A DNA stretch of 64,000 nucleotides from IMG/VR virus record IMGVR_UViG_2565956658_000004, positions 39,937 to 103,936 of that record, one strand, 5' to 3'. The position numbers were made by a program, and so were the translations under genes. This stretch comes from a virus (taxonomy: Duplodnaviria > Caudoviricetes). The first letter of the stretch is position 1. Every line of letters starts with the position of its first letter. Under the pieces are notes generated by a model that did no database searches, was not told the DNA's origin, and was given only the letters and a program-made list of their open reading frames with translations. This document shows positions 7,525 to 19,298 of this stretch, one piece after another.

Positions 7525-10500
7525 AAAAGTCCTGAACAAGACAAAGAACAAGGCAAAGACTTTCTAGGTCATGCTCAAGATGCAGGTGCATCTTTAATGA
7601 AAGGTCTGGCGGCTGTGCCAGAAGCAATTGTTGGTCTAGCTGACATACCGACTGGTGGACGTGTTGGTAAATTTATTGAGCAAGATGTTGGTTTAGATTT
7701 AAAGGGAACAAAAGAATATTGGAACGATAAACATACCGACCAATACAAGGCCCAACAGAAACAGTTTGATCAAGCCGATGGAATTGTTGATAAAGCAAAA
7801 GTTGTTCTGACCAATCCGTCAATGATTGCAAATACGGTTGTTGAGTCCGCTCCATCAATGCTACTGGGTGGTGCAATTGGTCGTGGTTTAAGCTTGGCAA
7901 GTAAAGCTATTACCCCGATTGCTGGTGGTGCCATAGGTGAGGGTGCTGTCATGGCTGGGCAGCAGGTAGAAAATATACGTCAGCAAACTGATGATAAATT
8001 ATTGACACCTGAACAATCGGGCCTGTCTATTGCCACGGGTGCTTTAGGTTCATTGTTTGGCTATGCTGGTGGTACGATTGCCAAAAAGTTTGGCTTTGAC
8101 GATATTAATACTGCAATGGCATCAGGGCGATTAAACTCACAGCAGGTTGCTGGAGAAATTCAAAAAATACCATTAAAAAGTATCCCAAAATCCATTATTG
8201 GTGGTGCGATTACCGAGGGTTTACTGGAGGAATTGCCACAGTCTGTTTCCGAACAACTTTTACAGAATATTGCTTTAGATAAACCTCTGGATGAGGGGGT
8301 GGATTCTGCAATTGTTATGGGAACATTGGCAGGTATGGCAATGGGTGGCGGAATGAATACTTTTTCTGCCCCTAGTCATTATTTGCAGAATAGTAGGGCT
8401 TATAACGAACAGCAGGCTCTGGCAGCACAAGAAGAACAACGATTAGCTGCGGAATCACTGGCGCAAGAACAGCAGCAATTAACTCAACAACAGCAAAAGT
8501 TATTTGGTTTTGGCAAAGAACCTGATACATCGATGAATGTAGATGATGTATATGCGAAAACAGGTATTCCACCAAACCCTGTAATTGATGAAAGTAAATT
8601 ATTGCCTAATGCGCTCAGCTATGAAAATGGTATTGATTACCAGCCACCACAGATAAATAGTGGGCTGACATCTGGTAATGAAGTACCACCAAATGCTGAT
8701 GACATACCTTATGCACCACAGCAGATGCACGATACATGGTCTTTGGCTAATGAAGCACAGCAGGATTATGGGAACTCAATCGAGTTTGGTGCACCTGAAT
8801 CTAAATCCCGTAATTTAGAATCACAAATTCAGTTTAATGATACGTTTGGTCAAACTACACCTGATCCAGTGGTTGACTACAATGCATTGAGTCCATTTAG
8901 TAATGTACAGCAACCCTTTGTTGATCAGACAAAATTATCTGAGCGGTTAGGAATAAATCCGAATGCTGGCCCAATGTCATCAGCGGCAGCGTTAGCCGTA
9001 GACAGTGGTGCATCACCAATATTCCAGACACACCAGCCGTTGCCACAGAACAACAACCACAAACGTTATTAACTACACAGACTGAACCAGCACAAGAACC
9101 AGCCTCAAAGCCAACTTTTGCAAGTGACCATCCTACGGGTTCCGTCACCTATGCCCAGGACATTGCGAATCAGGCATTGCAACAGTATCAGGGAGATACA
9201 TCAGCTTTGACCAGTAAAGGTTCGTTTGGGCATAGTGCTGCAACTGAGTTGATCTATTCTAAAAATTCACCATCGTACAGTGACGTTCAGGTTGAGGATG
9301 CTGGAGACAAAGCCATTGTCAAGCTGACCAACGCAAGAACAGGTCTGGTTGAGGAGAGATCGTATCCACATGAGTTGGTACGTTTTAATCAATTTTTGGA
9401 TGGGGTAAGTCCTGATGTTTCACCAAATACCCAAGCGAATGATGTTGGCACGGGAACACCAACGCAGACAGATAGAACTATTTCGTCAAATACAAACGCA
9501 CGATTCAATAGTGAAACTCAGGCAACAGGCGCACATGAAGAATCAACGGGAGAAAACTTAAAATCCAATGCTGTAAATCCAATTCAAATTACATCAGAAA
9601 AAATCGCTCAACTGGAACAACAACTTTCAGAAACTAAGTCTGTTCCACAACGAAACCCTATTAAGCAGCAGATTGGTGAGTTAAATTCTCAACTGGAAAA
9701 TCAGGGACGTGCATCATGGGAAAATATGTCACCTGAACAGCGTCAGGCTGTGGTAGGGCAGATTGATACCAATATGCCTTTGGGAATGAAGAAGAGATTA
9801 CCTACAGCAGAATGGGACAGGATTGGCCCAGCAGTTAAGGAAAAGTTGATTGGAGTGATGGGACAGTCTTTTCAGCCATTTTCACAGATCGATACTAGTG
9901 CCCATGAAGCAGCAACAAGTCATTTAAACGATATACCTCAACCTACGCAAGCACAGATCGAAGCTGGTAACTATAAGAAAGGTCATGTACGAATACATGG
10001 TTTAGATATTTCGATTGAGAATCCAAAGGGTTCAACACGTTCGGGTACACGTCCAGATGGTACTGAATGGTCACACGATATGAGTGATCATTACGGTTAT
10101 ATAAAACGTACAAAAGGTGCGGATAATGAGCATATTGATACCTATATCGGTAATAACCCTGATTCAGACCAAGTTTATATTGTCGATCAATTAGATCAGC
10201 AAACGGGTAATTTTGACGAGCATAAAGTGATGCTTGGGTTTGATAATCAGGATGCAGCAACCAAGGCATATCAGTCCAATTTTGACAAAGGATGGAAAGT
10301 AGGCCCGATTCGTTCAATGAACATAGAGCAGTTTAAAGATTGGTTAAAGAATGAAGATACTTCAAAGCCTGTTGCGGATATTAAAATTTCTAATTCTAGT
10401 CAAAGTGCGTTATCTGAGCCAGTTGCACCAAAAAATATAAAAGAAGGCATTGAGAATATTCGCGCTGAACAAAATCGTCAAAAGGTTTTGGTTGATATGC

Positions 10501-11421
10501 ACAATAGTGTTTATGGCTTGGCATCGAATGAACAATTGCAAGAGTCGCTGAAACACTTAAATAAAGAAATCGTGAAAGCTCAAAAGCAAAGTGAGAACGA
10601 GGTTGTAAATGGAAAGCGTAGTACACGCAAGGCAGTTGCAGCAGGTGCTTTAGATCGATTTTTAAAAAATCGTGTAGATTTGGAAATGTATATCAAAGCA
10701 CGTAAGAATGGGGAGTTAAAGCAACGAAATAAAAAAATAGATGACTTTAGTAGAAACACTAAATTAACTCGTATGATCCAAATTCAATCTCAGTCAGAAA
10801 TTGACCAAATACATTTTATCCCAAGTCACCTGATGGATTCAGTGAATAGACTTGGAGATGTGGTCAATGATTTGGCATCGATGAGGACTGATAGCATCAA
10901 AACAAATCATGAATATGCTGTTAAATTGTTGAATGAGATTGTCAAGTCGAATCCAAATGTACTTGTACATATTGTTTCAGATTTGAATAGTATTGAAGAC
11001 ACCTCTATTCGAGCAAATTTAACAGCTGGTGGATTTTTTGTACCAGAACAAAATACTGTTTATATCTATCCTAGTTCTGAAGCGTGGAATAGTTCAGCGT
11101 TAGAGTTATTGAACCATGAGTTGGTACACTCTATTACTGAACAATATATTTCAAAAGGTCTAATGTCTCTTGAAGATATTGGTCATTTGGATAATTTTAT
11201 AAATATAATTAATGACTATCGAATTTTGAGTTATGAAAAGTTATCAGATGATGTTCGAGACAGGCTCGATTATGCAGTAACTACAAACCCTCATCATGAA
11301 ATTCTTTCTGTCGGGGTCGCAGAAACAGCAGTTCGTCAAGAATTGAAAAACATCATTGGTGAAGATGGTCTTCAGCAGTTATATAAAATATTCACGAATA
11401 TATCCATAAAGGAAAAGCAAT

Positions 11422-11628
11422 ATGAGCAACATGAACAAAGAGGAAATTCGGGAAGAAATTCGAAAGGAAACGATAAAGATGTATCAAAGTCTGCCAGTGG
11501 AATCTCAGAAAAAATTCAAAAAGGATTTGTCAAAGCTGAGTCAGACAATGGAATCAAACGAGATACGGGGAATCCGAGCGGAGATTTATCAGGAAATGAA
11601 AACTCTGAATATTCAAATACCCAATTAG
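11422..11628 (+). CDS. Possible overprinted small helical protein inside the polyvalent gene
   Basis: RBS-like AAGGA before ATG; amphipathic 68-aa sequence; the main frame here is low-complexity. Confidence 0.4.
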   Translation: MSNMNKEEIREEIRKETIKMYQSLPVESQKKFKKDLSKLSQTMESNEIRGIRAEIYQEMKTLNIQIPN

Positions 11629-14600
11629 AAGCGGATAACAATTTTGAATGGACTGAATCAATCAACAGGGTGTTTGGGATTTTCACTCAAAACAGAGCGA
11701 TTGAGCACATCATTTCTTTTTTTAATCATTTCAAAATGTCCACTACACAAGATGCTTCGATTAGTGGACGTATTAAGGTCACTTTGGGTAGGGCTAACCT
11801 CAACAATGTTGGTGATTTGGATACCGCGAGCTTTACGGTTCAAGTTGTTTCTAGTTTTAATAAGCTTCCTAAAATCATACAAGATAATGCCACTTATCAA
11901 GATGAAAACGGAGTAACCAACAATTATAGCGTAAGCGGTGTTTGGCATAATGACACGCTCTATATAGTCACTGATCAGATATATGGAAATATAGAACAAC
12001 AGCTTACTACATCTGATGCATATGAAGAATTATTAGCACATGAAGTTATAGGACATTTTGGTGTTCAGCAATTATTTGGTGATGAATATCAATCAAAGTT
12101 TCAGCAGTTATATAACGTACTTGGTGGAATAGATGGTATTCGGAACATAGCAAAAAATAATGGTGTCGATATGCAGCAATTTGAAAGTGCTTATATAGAC
12201 CCGTTTAAAAAAGGTGTAGAAGAAGGCTATTACAGTGCCCTGGATGCTCAACAAGCAGTTGTGGGAGAGTTATTCGCATTCATTGCACAGAACGCAGAAA
12301 CACGACCATTTGTGCGGCAAAAATTAAAAGAAGTCATTGGCTATATCCGTCAATGGTTTAGAGATCATGGGTTTAGCAAATTCTTATCACGCTACAACGA
12401 TGCTGATTTGATCATGTTTTTATCAGAAGCACGGAAAGCTGTTGTAGATCGTCGTTATTTTGGAAAATTTAAAGATCAGACTATTTCAACTAATAATAGC
12501 GATAAATTATTTAGCCGCGGTCAGTCTACAACCCGTACAGATACCACAGTAAAACAGGTACGAGATAAACTTGTTTCACGATTTGGTGAAGAAACGATTT
12601 CAAAACTGGAAATACAGGAGAAGTTAAATATTCTTGATACCTATGAAAAGGCAGGTGTTGAGGGTTTTTATCAAAGTGGCAAGGCAACTTTAATTGCAGA
12701 TGCCTTAACCAATGACACAATTATCCCAACATTTCTACATGAATTAGGTGGTCATGGGGGATTCCAGAATATGATGGATGCCAAACAGTACGATGATTTA
12801 ATGCATCAGTTTGATCGTCTAGTGGCACAGAACAACCCGATTGCACTTGAAGCTAAACGCCTTGCTGAACGGGAAACAGATCCAGAAGTACAGCATCTTG
12901 AAATGCTACCTTACTTACTGACCTTAGCATCCAATAACCAGATTAAAAATGCAGTTCATAAAGGTAATGTAAAACGCTTAATTTCGGATTTGAAATCCAA
13001 AATTAAGGCTTGGGTTTATGACCGTTTGGGGGTAAACCTAAATCTTGATACAAATGATATTGTTGCATTAGCTGAACGAATGATTGATAAAGGTACTACT
13101 AAGGCAGCTCAAAGCAATCAGCCTTTATATAGTCGCCAGCCTATTAATAGTGCAATTAACAGACTAAGCCAAAACATTAAACAAATGTCAGTTAAGTCAA
13201 TTAAGGACAAAACAGGTTATAAATGGACTGATTGGTTGGGGATAGGGCTATCTAGTTTAGGTCGTCGTCAGCTTACTGAAATTTATAGCAAAATTTTACC
13301 TCAACTCAACAAATATAATGAGCTTGCGGCACAAATGGATGCTGATAAAAATGATGCTGGTGCTGAAGCTGATAGTATCGTGCGTGAGTGGGCTAATCTA
13401 AAAGATGAAAATCAGCTTGCAGAATTGATGCACGATGCAACTTTAGCCAAGATTGACCCATCAAAACCGTATGTGAGTGGCGATAGCATTTCTAAATATA
13501 AGCAGTTGCGTGATGATTATAATTCATTATCGCCAGAAGCACAGGCAATGTATTTGAAAGCCCGTGATGCGTATAAAAAGCATTATGCGAAAGTCCATCA
13601 GGCGATTAAAGAGCGTATTTTACGTTCTGAATTAACCAATCATAAAAAAGCTGATTTGTTGAAACAGATGGATAACCAGTTTTTTGGTTATACAAAAGGG
13701 GTGTATTTTCCATTAGCACGCTTTGGTAAATATGTGGTCGTGATGCGTAACCAGAATGGTGATGTAGAATGTGTTAGCCGCGCCGAAACCATGGGAGAAG
13801 CACAAGCGTTACGTTCTGAACTTATGCAGAAATACCCTAATTTTAAGGTAGATCGAGTAATTCTTGATAAAGAGTTTAACGCATCTCGTGATGCCGTTGG
13901 TCGTGGGTTTATGACCAGTCTATTTGCAGAGGTAGATAATTTAGGTTTATCAACTGCGGAACAGGCTGAATTTGAAGATACCCTAAGCCAGCTTTATTTA
14001 TCTTCTATGCCCGATTTGAGTTGGGCGAAACACGGTATCCATCGTAAAGGTACGGCTGGATTTAGCCAAGATGCCCGTCGGGCATTTGCACAAAATATGT
14101 TTCATGGGGCTGGATACCTTGCAAAGTTACGCTATGGTGATCAACTTGCAGAGCAGCTTGATGATATGCAGAAATATGCAACAGAGCAGGGCAAACAGGA
14201 TGACACGTATGACCAGCCAACCGCCCAGCGTGTCATTGATGAGATGAATAAACGTCATGATTTATTGATGAATCCTAAATCTCATCCATTATCCAGCGGC
14301 TTAACAAGTCTAGGATTTATATATTATCTAGGTCTATCACCTGCGGCAGCAATGGTCAATTTATCGCAAACTACTTTGGTTGCTTATCCGATTATGGGTG
14401 CAAAATGGGGCTTTGATAAAGCAGCAACAGAACTGTTAAAAGCGTCAAATGATTTTAGAAAAGGTGTTGAGTTCCATAAAGTTAAATGGGAGGGAACTAA
14501 AACAGACTTATATAAAACCATAAGTGCTGATATTTCAAAATTTCTAAATAAGGATGAAAAACAGGCTTATGATAGTGCTGTGGCAAGTGGTGTAATTGAT

Positions 14601-15920
14601 GTGACACAAGCACATGATTTAGCTGGCATTGCTCAAGGTGAAGATAGCGGCATTATGTGGAAAACACGTCCAATTATGCGTGCAGCAAGTGTTATGTTCC
14701 ACAACGCAGAACGATTTAACCGTGAAGTGACCTTTATCGCTGCTTATCGTCTTGCACGTCAATCAGGTTCAAACCATGATGCAGCCTATACCCAAGCGGT
14801 AGATGCAACGTATAAGGGGCATTTCGATTATAGTTCTGGCAATCGCCCACGTATCATGCAAGGTAATGTGGCTAAAGTTCTTCTGTTGTTTAAACAGTTC
14901 GGTCAGAACATGATTTACACCTTGGCTCGTCAGACATATCAGTCAATAAAAGGTGAAACGGACGCACAGCGTAAAGAAGCCCGTAAGTCACTCGGTGCAA
15001 TTTTGGCAATGCACGCAACTTTTGCAGGTGTACTTGGTCTACCTGGTGTTTGGCTTATCATGGCTATTGCATCAGCATGGGGTGGAGATGATGACGAGCC
15101 ATGGGATGCAGAAGTGGCATTGCGTAATTATCTTGCTGAAGCATTCAACCCAACTATTTCAAATATGTTGATGAAAGGTGCACCACGTGGTGTTGGTATT
15201 GATCTGTCTGGTCGTGTTGGTATTAACAATCTTTTATTACCAGATGTACAAGAGGGATTAGAGGGTAAACGTTGGGCTGAATCTGCTATGGCTGGTGCAT
15301 TAGGACCAGTAGCAGGCATTGGTACAAATTTAATTAAAGGTGGTCAGGAGTTATCAGATGGGCATACATTGCGTGGTATGGAAACTATGCTACCTGTATT
15401 TCTGAAAAACTTTGCCAAGACCTATCGCTATGGTGATGAGGGTGTTCAAGACAAAACTGGTATATCCATTATGGATGAAGTCAGCTCTATGGATTTACTT
15501 GTTCAGGGTATGGGCTTCTCACCATCTGATGTGCGTACAGCGAATGAGGGTAAATCGGCAATTTACCAATTAAATCGAAAGCTAAACGAACGTCGTAGCC
15601 GATTAGTGACATTATGGTCACGAGCGAAAATGATGAATGATCAAAACGAAATGGATAAAATCTGGGAAGAAATCCAACAGTTTAATGAGAAAAATCCATC
15701 TCGACGTATTAATAGAATCAATCTAAACCAAAGCTATAAGAATCGGAAAAATCGTATTGATAAAGCTGAGGATGGTATTTATCTCAGTAGAAATCGCCAA
15801 GATGCCCGTGAAGCTGGTCGTTTTGCGTTTGGCGAGTAACCCTCTGTAAGCCTCGAATAAATATCCAAATTCAATAAAACTCTGCGTTAAGACGTGGGGT
15901 TTTTTTATTAGGTGAAAAAA

Positions 15921-16301
15921 ATGCAGGAAAATACAATTCCTTGGGTTCTAAAATTAGTGCCTGCTGTTGTTGGGGCAATATTAGCACTTGTATTGAGTGG
16001 TGATATTGATAAAAACGGAAAAATTCAAGTTTCGCTTGGTGTTATTGGAAAGTTTCTAGCAAGTGTAACTGTTAGTTTGTACGGTGGTTCAGCATTTATC
16101 GAGCACTTTGATCTATTAAATAAATCAACAATGTATCAAGGATTTGTGATGTTGATTTTTGCTGTTTTTGGACTGTTAGCTATTGGTATTATTTACCAGT
16201 CTATTGCATTAATGCAAGGTAAGCCGCTTTTTGAAGTAATAGGTGAAATAAAAGCAGCCTTTATCTCAATTCTTGGCAATGGCAAGGGTGGGAACCAATG
16301 A
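15921..16301 (+). CDS. Holin
   Basis: Three TM helices; overlaps the lysozyme start. Confidence 0.75.
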   Translation: MQENTIPWVLKLVPAVVGAILALVLSGDIDKNGKIQVSLGVIGKFLASVTVSLYGGSAFIEHFDLLNKSTMYQGFVMLIFAVFGLLAIGIIYQSIALMQGKPLFEVIGEIKAAFISILGNGKGGNQ

Positions 16302-16918
16302 GTATTGATCAATCTCAGCAAATTGCTCAAGCGTACTCATGGCTTAGAGCAATGTCGGGGGGTAAACTTACTCAAAAGCAAGTTGAGGCAGGTGATGCCG
16401 TTATTGCAGTAAATGGACTTCAGACTTTTGCAAACCTAATAGGTTTCAAACTTGATTCTACAGTTACAGGTCAGTTTGATATTTCAGAAAATGGTTTTGC
16501 AATCATACGTGAGTTTGAAGGATTTCGCGCACAAGCATATTTAGACACGGGTGGGGTGTGGACCATTGGATATGGAACAATTAAATATCCAAATGGTATA
16601 CGAGTTAAAAAAGGGGATACTTGCACGCAAGGTCAAGCAGAACTTTGGCTCAAAAACGATTGTGCATGGGTTGATGCTTGTCTTGATAAGTATGTTAAAA
16701 CAACTATTAATCAAAACCAATTTGATGCTTTATCCTCATTTGTTTATAACGTGGGCGAACCTTCATTTATAAAAAGTACGATGCTTACTCTCATTAATAA
16801 AGGTGAGCTGCAGAACTCAGCGCTACAATTTGATCGTTGGGTTTTTGATAATGGAAAAAAAATTGACGGTTTAGCGAATCGCCGTGCTAAAGAAAAGGCA
16901 CTATTTCAAAAAAAGTAA
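16298..16918 (+). CDS. Endolysin (GH24 lysozyme)
   Basis: FEG...AY.D.GGVWTIGYG, NQFDAL.SFVYNVG, GL.NRR..E..LF. Confidence 0.95.
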   Translation: MSIDQSQQIAQAYSWLRAMSGGKLTQKQVEAGDAVIAVNGLQTFANLIGFKLDSTVTGQFDISENGFAIIREFEGFRAQAYLDTGGVWTIGYGTIKYPNGIRVKKGDTCTQGQAELWLKNDCAWVDACLDKYVKTTINQNQFDALSSFVYNVGEPSFIKSTMLTLINKGELQNSALQFDRWVFDNGKKIDGLANRRAKEKALFQKK

Positions 16919-16930
16919 TTCACCATTGCA

Positions 16931-16965
16931 AACGCTCATTATCTTCACTGATAGTGAGCGTTTTG
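16931..16965 (+). terminator. Intrinsic terminator after the lysis genes
   Basis: AACGCTCATTATC...GATAGTGAGCGTT-TT hairpin. Confidence 0.65.
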
Positions 16966-16987
16966 GTATATTTTATAATGAAATAAC

Positions 16988-17015
16988 TTGAAAAATAGTC
17001 ATGCTATGGTAGTTT
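16988..17015 (+). promoter_or_regulatory. Sigma70-like promoter of mini-array 2
   Basis: TTGAAA-16 nt-TAGTTT with TGn extension; predicted +1 about 17021-17022. Confidence 0.55.
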
Positions 17016-17017
17016 CT

Positions 17018-17105
17018 AATAACTACCATAAAGGTAGCTTAGAAAGTATTTCGGTCATATTTCACTGTACCGTTTACGTTAACTGTCGTATAGACAGCTT
17101 AATTT
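17018..17105 (+). CRISPR. Type I-F mini-array 2 (2 degenerate repeats, one 32-nt spacer)
   Basis: AATAACTACCATAAAGGTAGCTTAGAAA (17018-17045) and GTTAACTGTCGTATAGACAGCTTAATTT (17078-17105), each with an intact 5-bp stem and 5-nt loop; spacer 17046-17077 is 32 nt. Confidence 0.85.
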
Positions 17106-17442
17106 TTAAATCTTTAGACTACCCAGCATTTTATTGTTATACCAGCTCATGAGTTCACGATGCTCATTGATATATTTATATCTTGGGGACTAGGGAATAC
17201 ATAGATTGGGTGATTGATCTCTGATTTGTGCATCTGCATACGCTTAATCTACTTTTGAGCAAAGTTATGAGAAAAGTCCGATGACAAACATTATTTTCCA
17301 CTAGAAAGTTTTCAGATGTTGTGTGATGCTTATTTTATATAAAAAGAAATATTTATGGATTGAGAAATAATATTTAGTCATAGCTTGTTTGTTTTTGATT
17401 AATTACTTACGTTCTTGAAAATAAAGAAAAGAGGGTTGGAAA

Positions 17443-18387
17443 ATGGTTTTAATTAAATATATACATTTAAGCTTGGTTCTTTGTGGCTTTGGGTTTATAA
17501 CCTCTGCTTTTGCTGGAAATGATAATTTTAAGACCATTGAATCTAATGAATTTATTGCTCGAACTAGTAATGATTGTGGTCTAGTTGAGAAAGTAAAAGG
17601 TAATTCTAAATACAAATCAGTTCGCATAGAGTCTGTAAAACGCGACATATGGGAAGGAATTTGTGTAGATGGGCTAGCTTTGGGTCCTGGTAAAATTATA
17701 AATCGCAATGCTAATGGTGAGACAACTGGACTCTCAGAAATGTGGATGTTGTACGGTAGGCCTATAGGACAGATCAAAACAACTTATATTTCTAGATATA
17801 ATTCCCCAGATTTACATACTGAGGGGTTTTATTGGAATGGAGAAGGCTATTCTCGAAGGGGAAATACAAAGTTATCTGAAGAAACACAAGCTGATCGCGA
17901 TAACCTATTTATTAATTATCAGCCCAGAGAGGCAACTAAGTGGATTAGCTTTGGACTGAATGCTAATTGTTATGATTCTAAGAGTCAAACAACTGGTCCT
18001 TGTATTGCTGAAATGCACCATACAAATACAGATAATTTCGAAGATGGTGTTACTCGTTACTTTTGTAAGAGTAATGAGTGTGAAGGAAAATGGCGTGAAT
18101 TAACTGACAAGTTGGTTTCCGAATATGAATTATTTGAACGAACTCATACAGCGGAGGTAGAGGCTGCAAAAAAAATAGTTGAACCTATTTTACTAAAAGC
18201 TAGAGCCGATAAACAAAAAGCTGAAGCTGAAGCTGAAGCAGAGTTAATTGCTATGGAAAATAAACGGAAGGCACAGATTGAGCAACGTCAGAAAGAATTC
18301 AGTCAGGCTAATCTGGCAAAAATACCTGTAGCTAGTCCAGCATTAGAAGAACTTATCAGAAGAACACTGAATGGAGGAGGGAAATAA
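17443..18387 (+). CDS. Secreted hypothetical protein (cargo)
   Basis: Signal peptide ending AFA; WEGxCVDGLAxGxG motif; coiled-coil C-terminus. Confidence 0.7.
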   Translation: MVLIKYIHLSLVLCGFGFITSAFAGNDNFKTIESNEFIARTSNDCGLVEKVKGNSKYKSVRIESVKRDIWEGICVDGLALGPGKIINRNANGETTGLSEMWMLYGRPIGQIKTTYISRYNSPDLHTEGFYWNGEGYSRRGNTKLSEETQADRDNLFINYQPREATKWISFGLNANCYDSKSQTTGPCIAEMHHTNTDNFEDGVTRYFCKSNECEGKWRELTDKLVSEYELFERTHTAEVEAAKKIVEPILLKARADKQKAEAEAEAELIAMENKRKAQIEQRQKEFSQANLAKIPVASPALEELIRRTLNGGGK

Positions 18388-18388
18388 A

Positions 18389-19195
18389 ATGTCTAAATTG
18401 AATATTGTGCGTACATTTACACTCTCAATTTTAATTTTTACTCCATCTATTTATGCGGAAACAAGAAGTGAAATGTTTGCCAGAATAGCGGAAGAAGGTC
18501 GTAAGAATAACAAATGGACATCAGAAGCAGATTGTAAAGCTGAACAAGAAGTAGTCAGAAAATTTCGTTTTAGAGGAGCTACTACTTGTGATGATCGAAC
18601 TGGGAATAATACTGAGCAATCCATCGCTGCAGCATTAAGAGCGCCATGGGAATCTAGATATAGTGGTAAAGTTCAAGGAGCCCTAGTTTCGACAAGTGAA
18701 TTAAAAGAAAGTGTTATTTACTTATATAAAGCTGCTGATGAAGAAGATCAGAAAAAATACAATATTCATTCAGTCAGTAGAGGTGATCAATGCACAGTTG
18801 CATTATATAGATTGACTGCATGTGCATATCAAACTGCTGCCATGAGAAAGGATAGCATAGCAGCAGTTTCTCCAGAGGTAGCAAAAGCAAAATTAGAATC
18901 TCAATGCTCGACTCAATCAATTGAAAAAGCCAACTTAGAATTGCAAAAGATTGATCAGCGAATTGCAGACTATTTAGCATCTTCTGAGGGTAAACAATTA
19001 GCGAATGCAACCCCATCATTGCAGGTTGTAATGTGGGGAACAAGTGAACAAGCCAAAATTATGAAAAAATATTGCCCTGATGCAGATGCATTTAAACAGG
19101 AAATAGCTGATCGAATGGTATCTTATGAGGGTGCTCTAAGAACATGTCGTCAAATTCAATCAAGCCCTGAGGTATGTGGACCTGTAGCACCTTAA
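18389..19195 (+). CDS. Secreted Cys-rich hypothetical protein (cargo)
   Basis: Signal peptide-like N-terminus, eight Cys, strong RBS GGAGG. Confidence 0.7.
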   Translation: MSKLNIVRTFTLSILIFTPSIYAETRSEMFARIAEEGRKNNKWTSEADCKAEQEVVRKFRFRGATTCDDRTGNNTEQSIAAALRAPWESRYSGKVQGALVSTSELKESVIYLYKAADEEDQKKYNIHSVSRGDQCTVALYRLTACAYQTAAMRKDSIAAVSPEVAKAKLESQCSTQSIEKANLELQKIDQRIADYLASSEGKQLANATPSLQVVMWGTSEQAKIMKKYCPDADAFKQEIADRMVSYEGALRTCRQIQSSPEVCGPVAP

Positions 19196-19298
19196 AGCCT
19201 GACTGTGAAATTGCCTTAATATACAATCTATTGTGGCTTTTACAATTCAAATTCATTAAATTGTGGGTAAATAAGGACAAGTCAAAAGTTGTCGTCTG

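Larger units (their letters stand above)
7447..15839 (+). pseudogene. Large polyvalent virion/ejection protein (PLxRFG family, about 2797 aa if joined), split by a 1-nt frameshift near 9020
   Basis: ORF 7447-9072 continues in the -1 frame (IPDTPAVATEQQ...ALQQY) into ORF 9177-15839; InPase-like domain (AQIEAGNYKKGH...HYGYIKRT.GAD), three HExxH-like motifs (HELVH, HEVIGH, HELGGH), YFPLARFG motif. Confidence 0.8.
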
